NCBI GenBank assembly: GCA_016871275.1
Contig: VFZG01000016.1
Coordinates: 2,045-66,044, forward strand
Source of the DNA: Acidimicrobiia bacterium
GTDB taxonomy: Bacteria; Acidobacteriota; Vicinamibacteria; Vicinamibacterales; UBA2999
Length of the DNA stretch: 64,000 bases
Reading direction: 5' to 3'
In this document: positions 29,749 through 40,761 of the stretch, piece by piece
How positions within the stretch are numbered: position 1 is the stretch's first letter
Layout: every line of letters starts with the position of its first letter
Made by a program: the position numbers and the translations under genes
The notes under the pieces: generated by a model
The model's input: the letters and a program-made list of their open reading frames with translations, nothing else
The model's database searches: none
What the model was told of the DNA's origin: nothing

Positions 29749-31280
29749 TCGTCTTCTTCCTCGCCGAGGTGAATCTGGTGCTCGAGCTTGGTGAAGCCCT
29801 CGTCGGCCGCCGGTTCCGGCGCCATCAGCGACACTACGATGCCGACGACGAAGGACAGTGGAATGGTGAACAGCCCGGGATTCCGGTACGGAAAATAGGC
29901 GGTTGAATGTTTCAGCAGGTCCATCTGGATGGTTGGCGACATCCAGATCAGCGCCAGCGTGGACGCGGTCCCCACCAGGATCGACGCCTGCGCGCCGCGG
30001 GTCGTGAACTTGCGCCAGAACACCGACAGCACCAGCGCGGGGAAGTTGGCGCTGGCGGCAATCGCAAACGCCAGCCCCACCATGTAAGCGACGTTCTGTC
30101 CCTTGAAGGCAATCCCAAGCGCAATGGACAACAGCGCGAGCAGGATGGTTGCGCCGCGCGCCACCCTCAGCTCCTCCTTCTCGCTGGCGCGCCCGCCACG
30201 GAACACGTGCACGTAAATGTCGTGCGACAGCGCGGCGGCGCCCGCCAGGGTCAGGCCCGCCACCACCGCGAGGATGGTGGCGAATGCCACCGCTGAGATG
30301 AACCCGAGGAATGCCTGGCCCCCGACCACTTCCGCCAGCAGCGGCGCCGCCATGTTGCCGCCGGCATCCACCGATCGAATAGCGGGCTGGCCGACCAGTA
30401 CCATCGCGCCGAAGCCAAGCACGAACGTCATCAGGTAGAAACCGCCGATCGCCGCGGTGGCATAGGCCACGGATACCCGAGCCGTGCGCGCGTCCGGCAC
30501 CGTGTAGAACCGCATCAGGATGTGCGGCAGGCCGGCCGTGCCAAACATCAACGCCAGGCCGAGGGAAATGCCGTCGACCGGATCGGAGACGAATCGTCCC
30601 GGCGCCAGCACGCCGTCGCCATACTGGCGGGCCGCCTCGCTGAACAGCGCGATCGGATTGAAGGAGAACTGCGCCAGCACCAGCGTGGCGAGCATGAAGG
30701 CACCGGCCAGCAGCAGCACCGCCTTGACGATCTGCACCCACGTCGTGGCGATCATGCCGCCAAACAGTACGTAGGCGAGCATCACCAGCCCGACGATCAT
30801 TACCGCCACTTCGTAGCTGAGGCCGAACAGCAACCGGATCAGATTGCCGGCGCCCACCATTTGCGCGATCAGGTAGAACGCCACCACCGCGAGGCTGCCC
30901 GCGGCCGCGGCCACCCGCACCGGCACCTGGCGCAGACGGAAGGCCACCACGTCGCTGAAGGTGAACTTGCCGAGGTTGCGCAGCGGTTCGGCAATCAGGC
31001 ACACCACCACCGGCCAGCCAACCAGGAAGCCGATCGAGTAGATCAGGCCGTCGAAACCCGACAACGCCACCAGGCCGGCGATGCCCAGGAAGCTGGCCGC
31101 GCTCATGTAATCGCCCGCCAGCGCGAGCCCGTTCTGGAACCCGGTGATCGATCGGCCCGCCGCGTAGAACGCTTCCGTGCTGCGCGTGCGGCGCGCGGCA
31201 AACCAAGTGATGACGAGCGACAGCGCAATGAAAATGCCGAAGCCCGCCATGGCGACGACGTTGGTTTCGCCGTTCTGCAT
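29745..31280 (-). CDS. actP: cation/acetate symporter (sodium:solute symporter family)
   Basis: 511 aa beginning MQNGETNVVAMAGFGIFIAL...FYAAGRSITGFQNGLALAGDYMSAASFLG. ATG at 31280 overlaps the DUF485 stop by 1 nt. Confidence 0.85.
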   Translation of the reverse strand: MQNGETNVVAMAGFGIFIALSLVITWFAARRTRSTEAFYAAGRSITGFQNGLALAGDYMSAASFLGIAGLVALSGFDGLIYSIGFLVGWPVVVCLIAEPLRNLGKFTFSDVVAFRLRQVPVRVAAAAGSLAVVAFYLIAQMVGAGNLIRLLFGLSYEVAVMIVGLVMLAYVLFGGMIATTWVQIVKAVLLLAGAFMLATLVLAQFSFNPIALFSEAARQYGDGVLAPGRFVSDPVDGISLGLALMFGTAGLPHILMRFYTVPDARTARVSVAYATAAIGGFYLMTFVLGFGAMVLVGQPAIRSVDAGGNMAAPLLAEVVGGQAFLGFISAVAFATILAVVAGLTLAGAAALSHDIYVHVFRGGRASEKEELRVARGATILLALLSIALGIAFKGQNVAYMVGLAFAIAASANFPALVLSVFWRKFTTRGAQASILVGTASTLALIWMSPTIQMDLLKHSTAYFPYRNPGLFTIPLSFVVGIVVSLMAPEPAADEGFTKLEHQIHLGEEEDD

Positions 31281-31570
31281 CAGCGGCCTCCCCGTCTGTC
31301 CTGGCGAACCGCCGCCACCCGCGCGTCGTAGTGCGTGTTGGTCCAGTGCACGTAAATCAGGATCAGCGCCCACGCCAGCAGGATCAGGAACACACCGAGC
31401 ACGATCCCGAGGCTGAGTCCGGGGATCAGCACGGTTCCGAGCAGGGGTTTGTTGAATGCGATCAGCAGGATGAAGCCGACGTAGACCAGCGTCATGACGG
31501 TGGTCAACAGGACCGCGAGCCGCCACCGGGCGGCAGCGACTCGCGTTAGATGTATTTGGGCGTCACTCAT
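31280..31570 (-). CDS. yjcH: DUF485 (YjcH-like) inner membrane protein
   Basis: 96 aa with two TM helices, ...FNKPLLG... Canonical partner located upstream of actP. Confidence 0.8.
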   Translation of the reverse strand: MSDAQIHLTRVAAARWRLAVLLTTVMTLVYVGFILLIAFNKPLLGTVLIPGLSLGIVLGVFLILLAWALILIYVHWTNTHYDARVAAVRQDRRGGR

Positions 31571-31736
31571 GCCCGCTGATGCTAGCAGCTTTTAGCTCGC
31601 GGTTCTCGGCCACGCCGCCAGCCGCCCGCCGTGAGCCGCAGGCGATTCGTCGCGCAGCGCGACGTTGGGGTTGAGTCCGACGATCCGTGACGGCAACGCC
31701 GACCAGCAGACCTGCCATCACGCGCGTCAGCGCCAT
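31563..31736 (-). CDS. candidate leaderless small ORF (57 aa; one TM helix plus an Arg-rich tail) coupled to the DUF485 gene
   Basis: TAGAAT-N7-ATG(31736). Encodes MALTRVMAGLLVGVAVTDRRTQPQRRAARR... Its stop TGA (31565..31563) overlaps the DUF485 ATG region (ATGAGTGA). The third-codon-position GC, hand-counted for this ORF, looks lower than in neighbouring genes (neighbours judged by eye), so coding status is uncertain. Confidence 0.3.
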   Translation of the reverse strand: MALTRVMAGLLVGVAVTDRRTQPQRRAARRIACGSRRAAGGVAENRELKAASISGHE

Positions 31737-31743
31737 GGCCGCG

Positions 31744-31749
31744 ATTCTA
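31744..31749 (-). promoter_or_regulatory. -10-like hexamer TAGAAT (minus strand) heading the small ORF / DUF485 / actP unit
   Basis: The minus strand reads GCGACA-N6-TAGAAT-N7-ATG. Confidence 0.4.
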
Positions 31750-31797
31750 TACAGCTGTCGCTCGCGCGCCGGATGGGGCGCAGCCTGATCCGCGCCG

Positions 31798-31819
31798 GCC
31801 GGCACCTTGCGGCACCGGC
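31798..31819 (-). other. strand-specific RNA hairpin with GNRA tetraloop downstream of the radical SAM gene
   Basis: The minus-strand RNA GCCGGUGCC-GCAA-GGUGCCGGC forms a 9-bp stem with two G-U pairs. The plus-strand transcript cannot form it. There is no U-tract, so terminator function is unproven. Confidence 0.35.
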
Positions 31820-31871
31820 CCTCGCGAGTCTGCAAACCCCGGCACTTTTGGGACCGCTGGCGACTCTTGGC

Positions 31872-33956
<2,085 letters not shown>

Positions 33957-34115
33957 GGACGCTCTCCTGTTCTAGCTACGTGACTGGCCTCTAGCTTACG
34001 GACTGACAGCGGCCGTGCGCGAAAAGACAGTATTCGGCCCGGAACCGCACCTGATTGGGCACGGCATGGCCGCGAACGGTCAAAATCCGACTAAACCAGT
34101 CGTATTGAAAGCGAG

Positions 34116-34121
34116 TATTCT
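34116..34121 (+). promoter_or_regulatory. -10-like hexamer TATTCT, 6 nt upstream of the GTG at 34128 (leaderless candidate)
   Basis: TTGAAA-N5-TATTCT-N6-GTG, with no Shine-Dalgarno. Confidence 0.4.
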
Positions 34122-34127
34122 GCCTCG

Positions 34128-35366
34128 GTGCGCCGGTTCCTCAGCTCATCGGTGGTCTCGGCGTTGTCCGTGGCCGCACTCACCGCCCAACAGCCCGCTT
34201 CCCCCGTCAATCTGATCGCGCTCACCAGTGCCTCGGTCGTGGACGTGCGCACGGGCGCCGTCACGCGTGGGGCGACCGTGGTGCTGCGCGACGGCACGAT
34301 CGACGGCGTCGGCATGGCCGGCGCGCCGGCCGGCGCGCGCACGATTGACCTGCGCGGCCGTTACGTCGTGCCCGGGTTGATCGATGCGCACGTGCACATT
34401 GGGTCGCTGCCGCAAATGCGGGCGGCGCTCGACAGCGGCGTGACCACGGTGCGCAGCGCCGGCGTGTCGCATTACGTGGACGTGGGCCTGCGTGAGCTGG
34501 TGAAGCGCGGACACCTTGCGGGTCCGGAAATGGTCGCGGCCGGCTATCACGTGCGGCCGGGCGTCGCCGCCGAGATCTTCATGGACTTTCCGGAGCTGGG
34601 CGATCTGCTCGCGCCGCCGGGCGTGACCACCGCCGATGCGATCCGCCGCATCGTGCGCGCCAATCTGTCGCGCGGCGTCGACTGGATCAAGACCAACGCG
34701 ACCGAGCGCGCCGGCACGCCCGACACGGATCCACGGCGGCAGCTGTACTCACAAGAGGAACTGCGCATTCTCGTCGTCGAGGCCGGCACCCGGCACGTTC
34801 CGGTGATGGCGCACGCGCATGGCGCGGAGGGCGCGGATGCGGCGGTGCGCGCGGGGGTGCGCAGCATCGAGCACGGCACGTACCTCACCGACGACACCCT
34901 GCAGATGATGGCGACGCAAGGGACCTTTTTCGTTCCCACCGCCGACATTGTCAACGACCTGACCGAGCCGGGCGGCGATTACGACAACGCCGGGCTGAAA
35001 CGTCGCGGCGAGATGATGCGTCCGATACTGCGGGCGGCGATCGCGCGGGCCGCGGCGCTTGGCGTCAAGATCGTGGCCGGCTCGGATACGGGCTACGGCC
35101 CCAACAGCATTGCCCGCGTCGCGCGGGAAGCCACCGAGCTGGTCGGGGCGGGACTGACGCCGCTCCAGGCGCTGCAGGCCGCGACCATCACCAACGCGGA
35201 AATGCTGCGGCTCGAGAAGCGCATCGGCGCGATTGAGGCCGGACTGGAAGCGGATGTCCTCGTGGTGGACGGCAATCCGCTCGAGAACATCAGGACCTTG
35301 CTCGATCCGTTGCTGGTCGTCAGCAACGGACGGATCGGATTGGATCGACTATCGTTTGGGAAGTAA
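34128..35366 (+). CDS. secreted amidohydrolase family protein (metal-dependent hydrolase)
   Basis: Signal peptide ...ALSVAALTAQQ. HxH site GLIDAHVHIG. ...MAHAHG... and ...GSDTG... metal ligands. Confidence 0.8.
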   Translation: MRRFLSSSVVSALSVAALTAQQPASPVNLIALTSASVVDVRTGAVTRGATVVLRDGTIDGVGMAGAPAGARTIDLRGRYVVPGLIDAHVHIGSLPQMRAALDSGVTTVRSAGVSHYVDVGLRELVKRGHLAGPEMVAAGYHVRPGVAAEIFMDFPELGDLLAPPGVTTADAIRRIVRANLSRGVDWIKTNATERAGTPDTDPRRQLYSQEELRILVVEAGTRHVPVMAHAHGAEGADAAVRAGVRSIEHGTYLTDDTLQMMATQGTFFVPTADIVNDLTEPGGDYDNAGLKRRGEMMRPILRAAIARAAALGVKIVAGSDTGYGPNSIARVAREATELVGAGLTPLQALQAATITNAEMLRLEKRIGAIEAGLEADVLVVDGNPLENIRTLLDPLLVVSNGRIGLDRLSFGK

Positions 35367-35370
35367 CACG

Positions 35371-35412
35371 GGCTATCGGGTCATCGGGCCATCAGGCTGT
35401 CGGGCCATCAGG
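35371..35412 (+). repeat. tandem octamer repeat (GGNYRTCR)x5 between the amidohydrolase and the TPR-like gene
   Basis: ggctatcg ggtcatcg ggccatca ggctgtcg ggccatca gg. The end merges into the AGGAG Shine-Dalgarno of the 35421 gene. Confidence 0.9.
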
Positions 35413-35420
35413 AGAAACGC

Positions 35421-37046
35421 ATGAGGAGAGTAGTCGCGCTTTGTATGTGTATCGTGCTCGCGCCGGTGGCGGCGTGGGCTCAGGCTGAACAGCATCAGCA
35501 TTCTGGGATGGCGCCGAAGGACTACGGCACCGTCGATTTCGAAACCTCCTGCAGTCCGGCGACGAAGGCGAAGTTCAACGAGGCCGTCGCGCTCCTTCAC
35601 TCGTTCTGGTTCCAGGAATCCCGCGACGCATTCAACGAGGTGTTGAAGGCCGATGCCAACTGCGCGATGTCGCACTGGGGCATTGCGCTGACCTACTGGG
35701 GCAACCCGTTCGCCGGGCAGCGCTCGCCGCAGGCCATCGCCAACGGCAAGGCGGCGACCGACAAGGGCCTGGCGACCGGCATGCCAACGCCGCGTGAACG
35801 GGCGTACCTCGAGGCAGTCGGGATCCTCGTGTCGAGCAACGACGTGACCACGCAGCGCCAGCGCGTGCTCGACTACGAAAAGGCGATGGGCCGCCTGTCG
35901 GTGGCCAACAAGAACGACGTTGAAGCGCGCATCTGGTGGGCGCTGGCCGTGGCGCAGGCCGCGTCGCCAACCGACAAAACCTACGCGCGCAACCTGCAGT
36001 CGGCCGAGATGCTCGAGCCGCTCGCCAAGAAGATGCCGAAGCATCCGGGCGTGGCGCACTACCTCATTCACGCCTATGACGTGCCGGCGCTGGCCGCCAG
36101 GGCGCTGCCATCGGCGCGCAGCTACGCCGGTATTGCGCCGGCGGTGCCGCACGCGCTGCACATGCCGTCGCACACCTTTACGCGCGTCGGCTTCTGGAAG
36201 GACTCGGTCACCAGCAACGAGAAGTCCGCCGAGATCGCCGAGAAGACCAACGGTCTTGGTGAAGCCATGCACGCCCGCGACTACATGACCTATGCATTCC
36301 TGCAGATGGGCATGGACTCGCAGGCCAAGACCAACCAGGAGCACGTGATGCGCCTGGTGGCGTCGGGCACCACCGGCGGCAACCAGAGCGCGGCGGGGGC
36401 CGGTCCGACGAACACGTTCGCGCTGGCGGCCATTCCGGCGCGCTATGCGATGGAGCGCCAGCAGTGGGCGGAGGCCGCGGCGCTCGAACCGCGTCCGGCA
36501 CCCAACACGCCGTACACCGAGGCGATCACGCACTTTGCGCGCGCGATCGGCGCCGCCCGCGCCGGCCGGCCGGCCGACGCGGCCAAGGACGTCGAGAAGC
36601 TCGCGGCACTGCGCGATCGAGAGATCGAGATGAAGGATGAGTACTGGGCCGGCCAGGTGAACATCCAGCGTCTCGGCGCCGATGCGTGGGTGATGTTCGC
36701 GCAGGGACGCAAGGACGCCGCGCTCAAGCAGATGCGCGAGACCGCGGATATGGAAGACCTCACCGACAAGGCCGCGGTGACGCCTGGTCCGCTCGCGCCG
36801 GCTCGCGAGCTGCTCGGCTACATGCTGCTTGAAGGCCACCAGCCCAAGGAAGCACTGGTCGAATTCGAAGCCGTGATGAAGAAGGAACCGAACCGCTTCC
36901 TGGCCATCTGGGGCGCAGGCAAGGCGGCCGAGGCGGCCAGCCAGAACGGCAAGGCCAAGACCTACTTCAAGCAGCTGGTCGAGATGTGCCAGGACGCCGG
37001 CACCGAGCGGCCGGAGCTGCAGTACGCGAGAAGGCATGCGGGCTGA
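35421..37046 (+). CDS. secreted TPR-like helical-repeat protein (conserved hypothetical)
   Basis: Signal peptide ...LAPVAAWAQA. 541 aa, helical-repeat rich (HSFWFQESRDAFNEVLKADANCAMSHWGIALTYWGNPF). Confidence 0.6.
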   Translation: MRRVVALCMCIVLAPVAAWAQAEQHQHSGMAPKDYGTVDFETSCSPATKAKFNEAVALLHSFWFQESRDAFNEVLKADANCAMSHWGIALTYWGNPFAGQRSPQAIANGKAATDKGLATGMPTPRERAYLEAVGILVSSNDVTTQRQRVLDYEKAMGRLSVANKNDVEARIWWALAVAQAASPTDKTYARNLQSAEMLEPLAKKMPKHPGVAHYLIHAYDVPALAARALPSARSYAGIAPAVPHALHMPSHTFTRVGFWKDSVTSNEKSAEIAEKTNGLGEAMHARDYMTYAFLQMGMDSQAKTNQEHVMRLVASGTTGGNQSAAGAGPTNTFALAAIPARYAMERQQWAEAAALEPRPAPNTPYTEAITHFARAIGAARAGRPADAAKDVEKLAALRDREIEMKDEYWAGQVNIQRLGADAWVMFAQGRKDAALKQMRETADMEDLTDKAAVTPGPLAPARELLGYMLLEGHQPKEALVEFEAVMKKEPNRFLAIWGAGKAAEAASQNGKAKTYFKQLVEMCQDAGTERPELQYARRHAG

Positions 37047-37090
37047 CGGGCTGTCGGGCTGACGGGCCGTCGGGCTGTCGGGCTGTCAGG
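37041..37090 (+). repeat. tandem octamer repeat (GGCYGWCG)x6 starting inside the last codons of the 35421 gene
   Basis: ggctgacg ggctgtcg ggctgacg ggccgtcg ggctgtcg ggctgtca gg. The gene's TGA stop lies within the first unit. Confidence 0.9.
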
Positions 37091-37092
37091 AC

Positions 37093-37126
37093 ACGCGCGC
37101 CCTGAGCGTCGTCGAAGGGCGCGCGT
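37093..37126. terminator. bidirectional terminator hairpin between convergent genes
   Basis: 11-bp stem ACGCGCGCCCT/AGGGCGCGCGT with a 12-nt loop, followed by TCCTCTTGTT. Confidence 0.65.
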
Positions 37127-37161
37127 TCCTCTTGTTGGAGAATCCAACCCTACGGCGGCGG

Positions 37162-38355
37162 TCATGCGCCGGTTTCGATCACAAATTTCCTGAACCGTGC
37201 GAGCGCTGTGGTGAGGGTGGCTTCCGTGGATGCGAAACAGACGCGGATGTAGCCTTCGCCGTCGCCGCCGAATGCCAGCCCGGGCGCGAGCGCTACGCCG
37301 GTCGCCTGAACCAGCGCGGCCGTAAAGGCTGTGCTGTCGGTGGCGAAGCGGCATTTCGGAAAAGCGAAGAACGTCCCCTGCATCTCGGGAAGCGTGATGC
37401 CCGGAATCGACGCCAGCGCCGCCGCCACCTGTTGCCGGCGGGCGTCATAGTGCGCGCGCAGTCCGGCCACGTAACCCTCGCCGTCGCGCAACGCGACGAT
37501 GCCGGCCTGTTGCACCATGGCGGCCGGATTCGAGGTCATGAACTCCACGGCCCGGTACAGGGTCTTGATGGTGCGTTCGCTGCTTTGCGCCCACCCCAGC
37601 CGCCAGCCTGTCATGTTGTAGGTCTTCGAAAAACTGTTCACGACGATCAATCGATCCCGGTTCTCGACCACTCCAGCGAGCGATGGTGCCAGCTGCGCTC
37701 CGTAGACCAGCCGCTCGTAGACCTCGTCGCTCAGAATGACCAGGTCGTGCCGTTCCGCGAGCTCGGCGAGTGCGCGCTGCTCGGCTTCGGTCATCACCCA
37801 CCCGGTCGGGTTCGACGGGCTATTGACAATCAGCATCCGCGTGTTCGCGTCAATGGCATCGCGCACGCGATCCATGTCGAGCACGAACCGCCCGCCGGCC
37901 AGCGCCAGCGATGCGAACCGCGGCTCGCCGCCGGCCATCAGGATGCTGTTGGAGTAGATCGCATACGCAGGCGAGACAATCACCGCGTTGTCACCGCGCC
38001 CGACCAGCGCCCGAATCGCGGCGTAAATCGCCATCGAGCCGCCAACCGTCGCCATGATTTCCGGCACCTCGTAGCGGACCTGGTGCAGCTGGTGGATCTG
38101 GTCGGCAATGGCGGCGCGCAACTCACCGCAGCCCGCGGTGTGAGTGTAGAAGGTGTGCCCGGCGCGCGCGGCGTCATCCATCGCGCGGCAGATGAACGCC
38201 GGCGTCGGCAGATCCGACTCGCCATAGCACAGCTTCAGCGAGTCCGGCATCGACTCCGCGATGGTGGCGATCTGCACCATCGGGGACTCGGCGACGCTCG
38301 CCAATTCGCGCGTGAACCTCATGGGCGTCGGAACGGCTCCAACGGGAGACACCAT
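37162..38355 (-). CDS. class I/II pyridoxal-phosphate-dependent aminotransferase
   Basis: 397 aa. PLP-lysine motif NSFSKTYNMTGWRLGW and IVNSPSNPTG. The start could be the internal ATG (MRFTREL). Confidence 0.85.
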   Translation of the reverse strand: MVSPVGAVPTPMRFTRELASVAESPMVQIATIAESMPDSLKLCYGESDLPTPAFICRAMDDAARAGHTFYTHTAGCGELRAAIADQIHQLHQVRYEVPEIMATVGGSMAIYAAIRALVGRGDNAVIVSPAYAIYSNSILMAGGEPRFASLALAGGRFVLDMDRVRDAIDANTRMLIVNSPSNPTGWVMTEAEQRALAELAERHDLVILSDEVYERLVYGAQLAPSLAGVVENRDRLIVVNSFSKTYNMTGWRLGWAQSSERTIKTLYRAVEFMTSNPAAMVQQAGIVALRDGEGYVAGLRAHYDARRQQVAAALASIPGITLPEMQGTFFAFPKCRFATDSTAFTAALVQATGVALAPGLAFGGDGEGYIRVCFASTEATLTTALARFRKFVIETGA

Positions 38356-38372
38356 GGCAGCCGTTTCATGGG

Positions 38373-38406
38373 GCCTGATCCTAGCCGAAGGCGGGCGGGA
38401 TCAGGC
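38373..38406 (-). other. hairpin spanning the agmatinase stop codon; the arms carry the GATCAGG heptamer
   Basis: GCCTGATCC-N16-GGATCAGGC, a 9-bp inverted repeat. Lies between agmatinase and the downstream aminotransferase. Confidence 0.5.
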
Positions 38407-39198
38407 GCCGAGCAGCATGGCGCCGGCGAGCTCGCGGGTGATCTTGGCGGCGACCAACGCCGTGACGCCGCCGAGGTCCTGTGACGGATTGAACTCCACC
38501 ACGTCGGCCCCCACGATCGGACCGTCGATCGACTGGATGAGCGTGACGACGTCGCGAACGGTCAGTCCGCCCGGTTCGCGATGCGACACGCCCGGCGCGA
38601 ACGCCGGGTCAATGCCGTCGATGTCCACCGACACGTAAACCGGTCCGGTTATGATCGGCCGCGCGCCGCCGGCGACGCGCTGCATTTCAATCGTGTCCAC
38701 GCCAAACCGCTTGATCTGATCGCGCTGGTGCGGCGTCAGCGTGCGAATGCCGACCTGCACCAGACGGCCGCACAACCCTTCTTCCATGATGCGCGCGAAC
38801 GGACAGGCGTGCGAATACTGATCGCCGTCGAATTGGTCGTAGAGGTCGCCATGCGCATCGATGTGGAGGATCGTCACGCGCGGGTGCCGCGCCGCGATGG
38901 CGCGCATGATTGGGTAGGTGATCGAGTGGTCGCCGCCGAGCGCGATCGGGCCACACCCGTCGGCCAGCACCGCCTCGATGCCGGCGTGAATCGCGCCCCT
39001 CGCCGCGGAGGGCTCATCCGGCAATGTCAGGTCCCCGGCGTCGGCCAGTTGCGACACGTCGGCGCCGTTCTCGGTGTAGCTGTTGCCGGCCGGCGATTGC
39101 AGCGCCCTTCGAATCAGCGGCGGGGCCGCGGCCGAGCCTCGCAGGAACGACGAGCTGGCATCGTAGGGAATCCCAATCAGTTGTGGCAGCGGCCGCAT
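38401..39198 (-). CDS. speB: agmatinase / ureohydrolase family protein
   Basis: Mn-ligand motifs GGDHSITYP, IDAHGDL, SVDIDGIDP. Confidence 0.8.
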   Translation of the reverse strand: MRPLPQLIGIPYDASSSFLRGSAAAPPLIRRALQSPAGNSYTENGADVSQLADAGDLTLPDEPSAARGAIHAGIEAVLADGCGPIALGGDHSITYPIMRAIAARHPRVTILHIDAHGDLYDQFDGDQYSHACPFARIMEEGLCGRLVQVGIRTLTPHQRDQIKRFGVDTIEMQRVAGGARPIITGPVYVSVDIDGIDPAFAPGVSHREPGGLTVRDVVTLIQSIDGPIVGADVVEFNPSQDLGGVTALVAAKITRELAGAMLLGA

Positions 39199-39207
39199 GG
39201 TCTGCTC

Positions 39208-40761
39208 CTACCGGGCCGGCTCCAGCCGCTGCTCGAACACCCGCGTGCCGGCGGTGTTCACAATCGACACCGTCAGTGCGCGCGAGGCCGGGTCCGCTTC
39301 CAGCATGCCGAAGAACTGCAGCCCTTCGTCGGGCGGACGATTCGGCTTGAGCGTGGCCGGTGTGCCATTGAATCGCGATTCCGGCCCGAACGTGTTGTCG
39401 AGCGGTGCCGGCGCGAATGTCCCGGCATGCGCCGGGCCGGCGACGAACTCCCAGAAGGGGTCGAAGCCCTTGCTCGCCGCCCGATCGGGATGGAAAGAGT
39501 GCGCGGCGGAGTAGTGCACGTCGGCGGTCACCCACACGACATTGCGGACGCCGCGCGACTGCAACGCGCCGAGCAGCGCGGCGATCTCGAGCTCGCGTCC
39601 CTTGGCGGGACCATGGTCGCCGTTGGCGGCCGCTTCGTGCCGCCCGGGCTGATGCGACACGACCACGCCGAGCGGCATGTCGGCCGCCACGATCTTCCAG
39701 GCCGCCTTCGACGAGGTGAGCGCATCGGTGAGCCACTGGACCTGGCGGTCGCCGAGCAACGCCGTATCCGCACCCGCCACGCTCTGCAGGTTCTCGCTGT
39801 TGGCGCCGCGGTAGCTGCGCATGTCGAGCGCAAAGACATCAATCAGCGGTCCGAACGGAATCGACCGGTAGATCCTCGCGCCGGCGCGCCGATCCATCGT
39901 GATCGGATACTGCTCGAGGAACGCCTGCCGCGCCCGTGCCGCCAGCACCGCAACGCGCTTCTCCGAGTAGCGCGGATCATCGAGCCCCTCGGTGTGATAC
40001 CAGTTGTTCCGAACCTCGTGGTCGTCCCACAGCGCGACCTGTCCAACGCGGGATGAAAAGCGCCGGTAGTGTTCGTCGAGCCGGTTGTAAAGGTGATGGC
40101 CGCGAAACTCGTCGAGCGTTTCGGCGACCTTAGACTTTGCCGGCGTCACGATGTTCTTCCACATCGAGCCGTCATCCAGCTTCACGTCCGCGGCGAGCGG
40201 CCCATCGGCGTAGATGGTGTCGCCGACGTGCAGGAACAAATCGGGATTCACCTGGTCCATCGTCCGGAACAACTGCATCCCGCCCCGAGCGGGATCAATG
40301 CCCCACCCCTGGCCGCACACATCAGCGGACCACAGCACGCGGACCGGCTTGCCGCTGCCCGGCGCGGTGCGGAAATGACCCTCCACCGGCGCGCTCTGCG
40401 CGCGGCCACTCCCCGCATCCTCGACCGTGACCCGATAGAAGATGTCCTGTGAGGCGGGAAGGTCCTGCAGCCTGACGCGCGCCGTCAGACCCGTGTCGGG
40501 CGTAGCGACGGTTCCGGACCGCTTCGAGGCGTTGGCGAATGACGCGGTCGTGGAGTACTCGACCAGCAGGCGGCCCGGCCGGTCGACGTGAGCCCAGACA
40601 ATGGCGTGGCCGTCGCCGAGCGGCCCGGCGGCCACGCCGGCGTCGATGACCGGACGCGTGCGGTCCGAGGTGACGATGGCAGCGGTCTGGCGGAGCGGCG
40701 CGACGGCCAGCGCGCCGCACTGCCCCAGGAAGACGCGCCTAGAAGACGTACTTGATGCCAA
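39208..40761 (-). CDS. phoD: alkaline phosphatase D family protein (PhoD), Tat-exported
   Basis: Twin-arginine signal SSRRVFLGQCGALAVAP. PhoD-like metallophosphatase motifs (HVGDTIYAD, WDDHEVRNNW). Confidence 0.85.
   Translation of the reverse strand: MASSTSSRRVFLGQCGALAVAPLRQTAAIVTSDRTRPVIDAGVAAGPLGDGHAIVWAHVDRPGRLLVEYSTTASFANASKRSGTVATPDTGLTARVRLQDLPASQDIFYRVTVEDAGSGRAQSAPVEGHFRTAPGSGKPVRVLWSADVCGQGWGIDPARGGMQLFRTMDQVNPDLFLHVGDTIYADGPLAADVKLDDGSMWKNIVTPAKSKVAETLDEFRGHHLYNRLDEHYRRFSSRVGQVALWDDHEVRNNWYHTEGLDDPRYSEKRVAVLAARARQAFLEQYPITMDRRAGARIYRSIPFGPLIDVFALDMRSYRGANSENLQSVAGADTALLGDRQVQWLTDALTSSKAAWKIVAADMPLGVVVSHQPGRHEAAANGDHGPAKGRELEIAALLGALQSRGVRNVVWVTADVHYSAAHSFHPDRAASKGFDPFWEFVAGPAHAGTFAPAPLDNTFGPESRFNGTPATLKPNRPPDEGLQFFGMLEADPASRALTVSIVNTAGTRVFEQRLEPAR

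Noticed and set aside
29191-31206. 671-aa ORF on the minus strand.
   Set aside because: Only its last ~185 codons (the DedA/TVP38-like membrane protein) look real. The upstream part is an out-of-frame shadow across actP, which is read correctly in frame 29745-31280.
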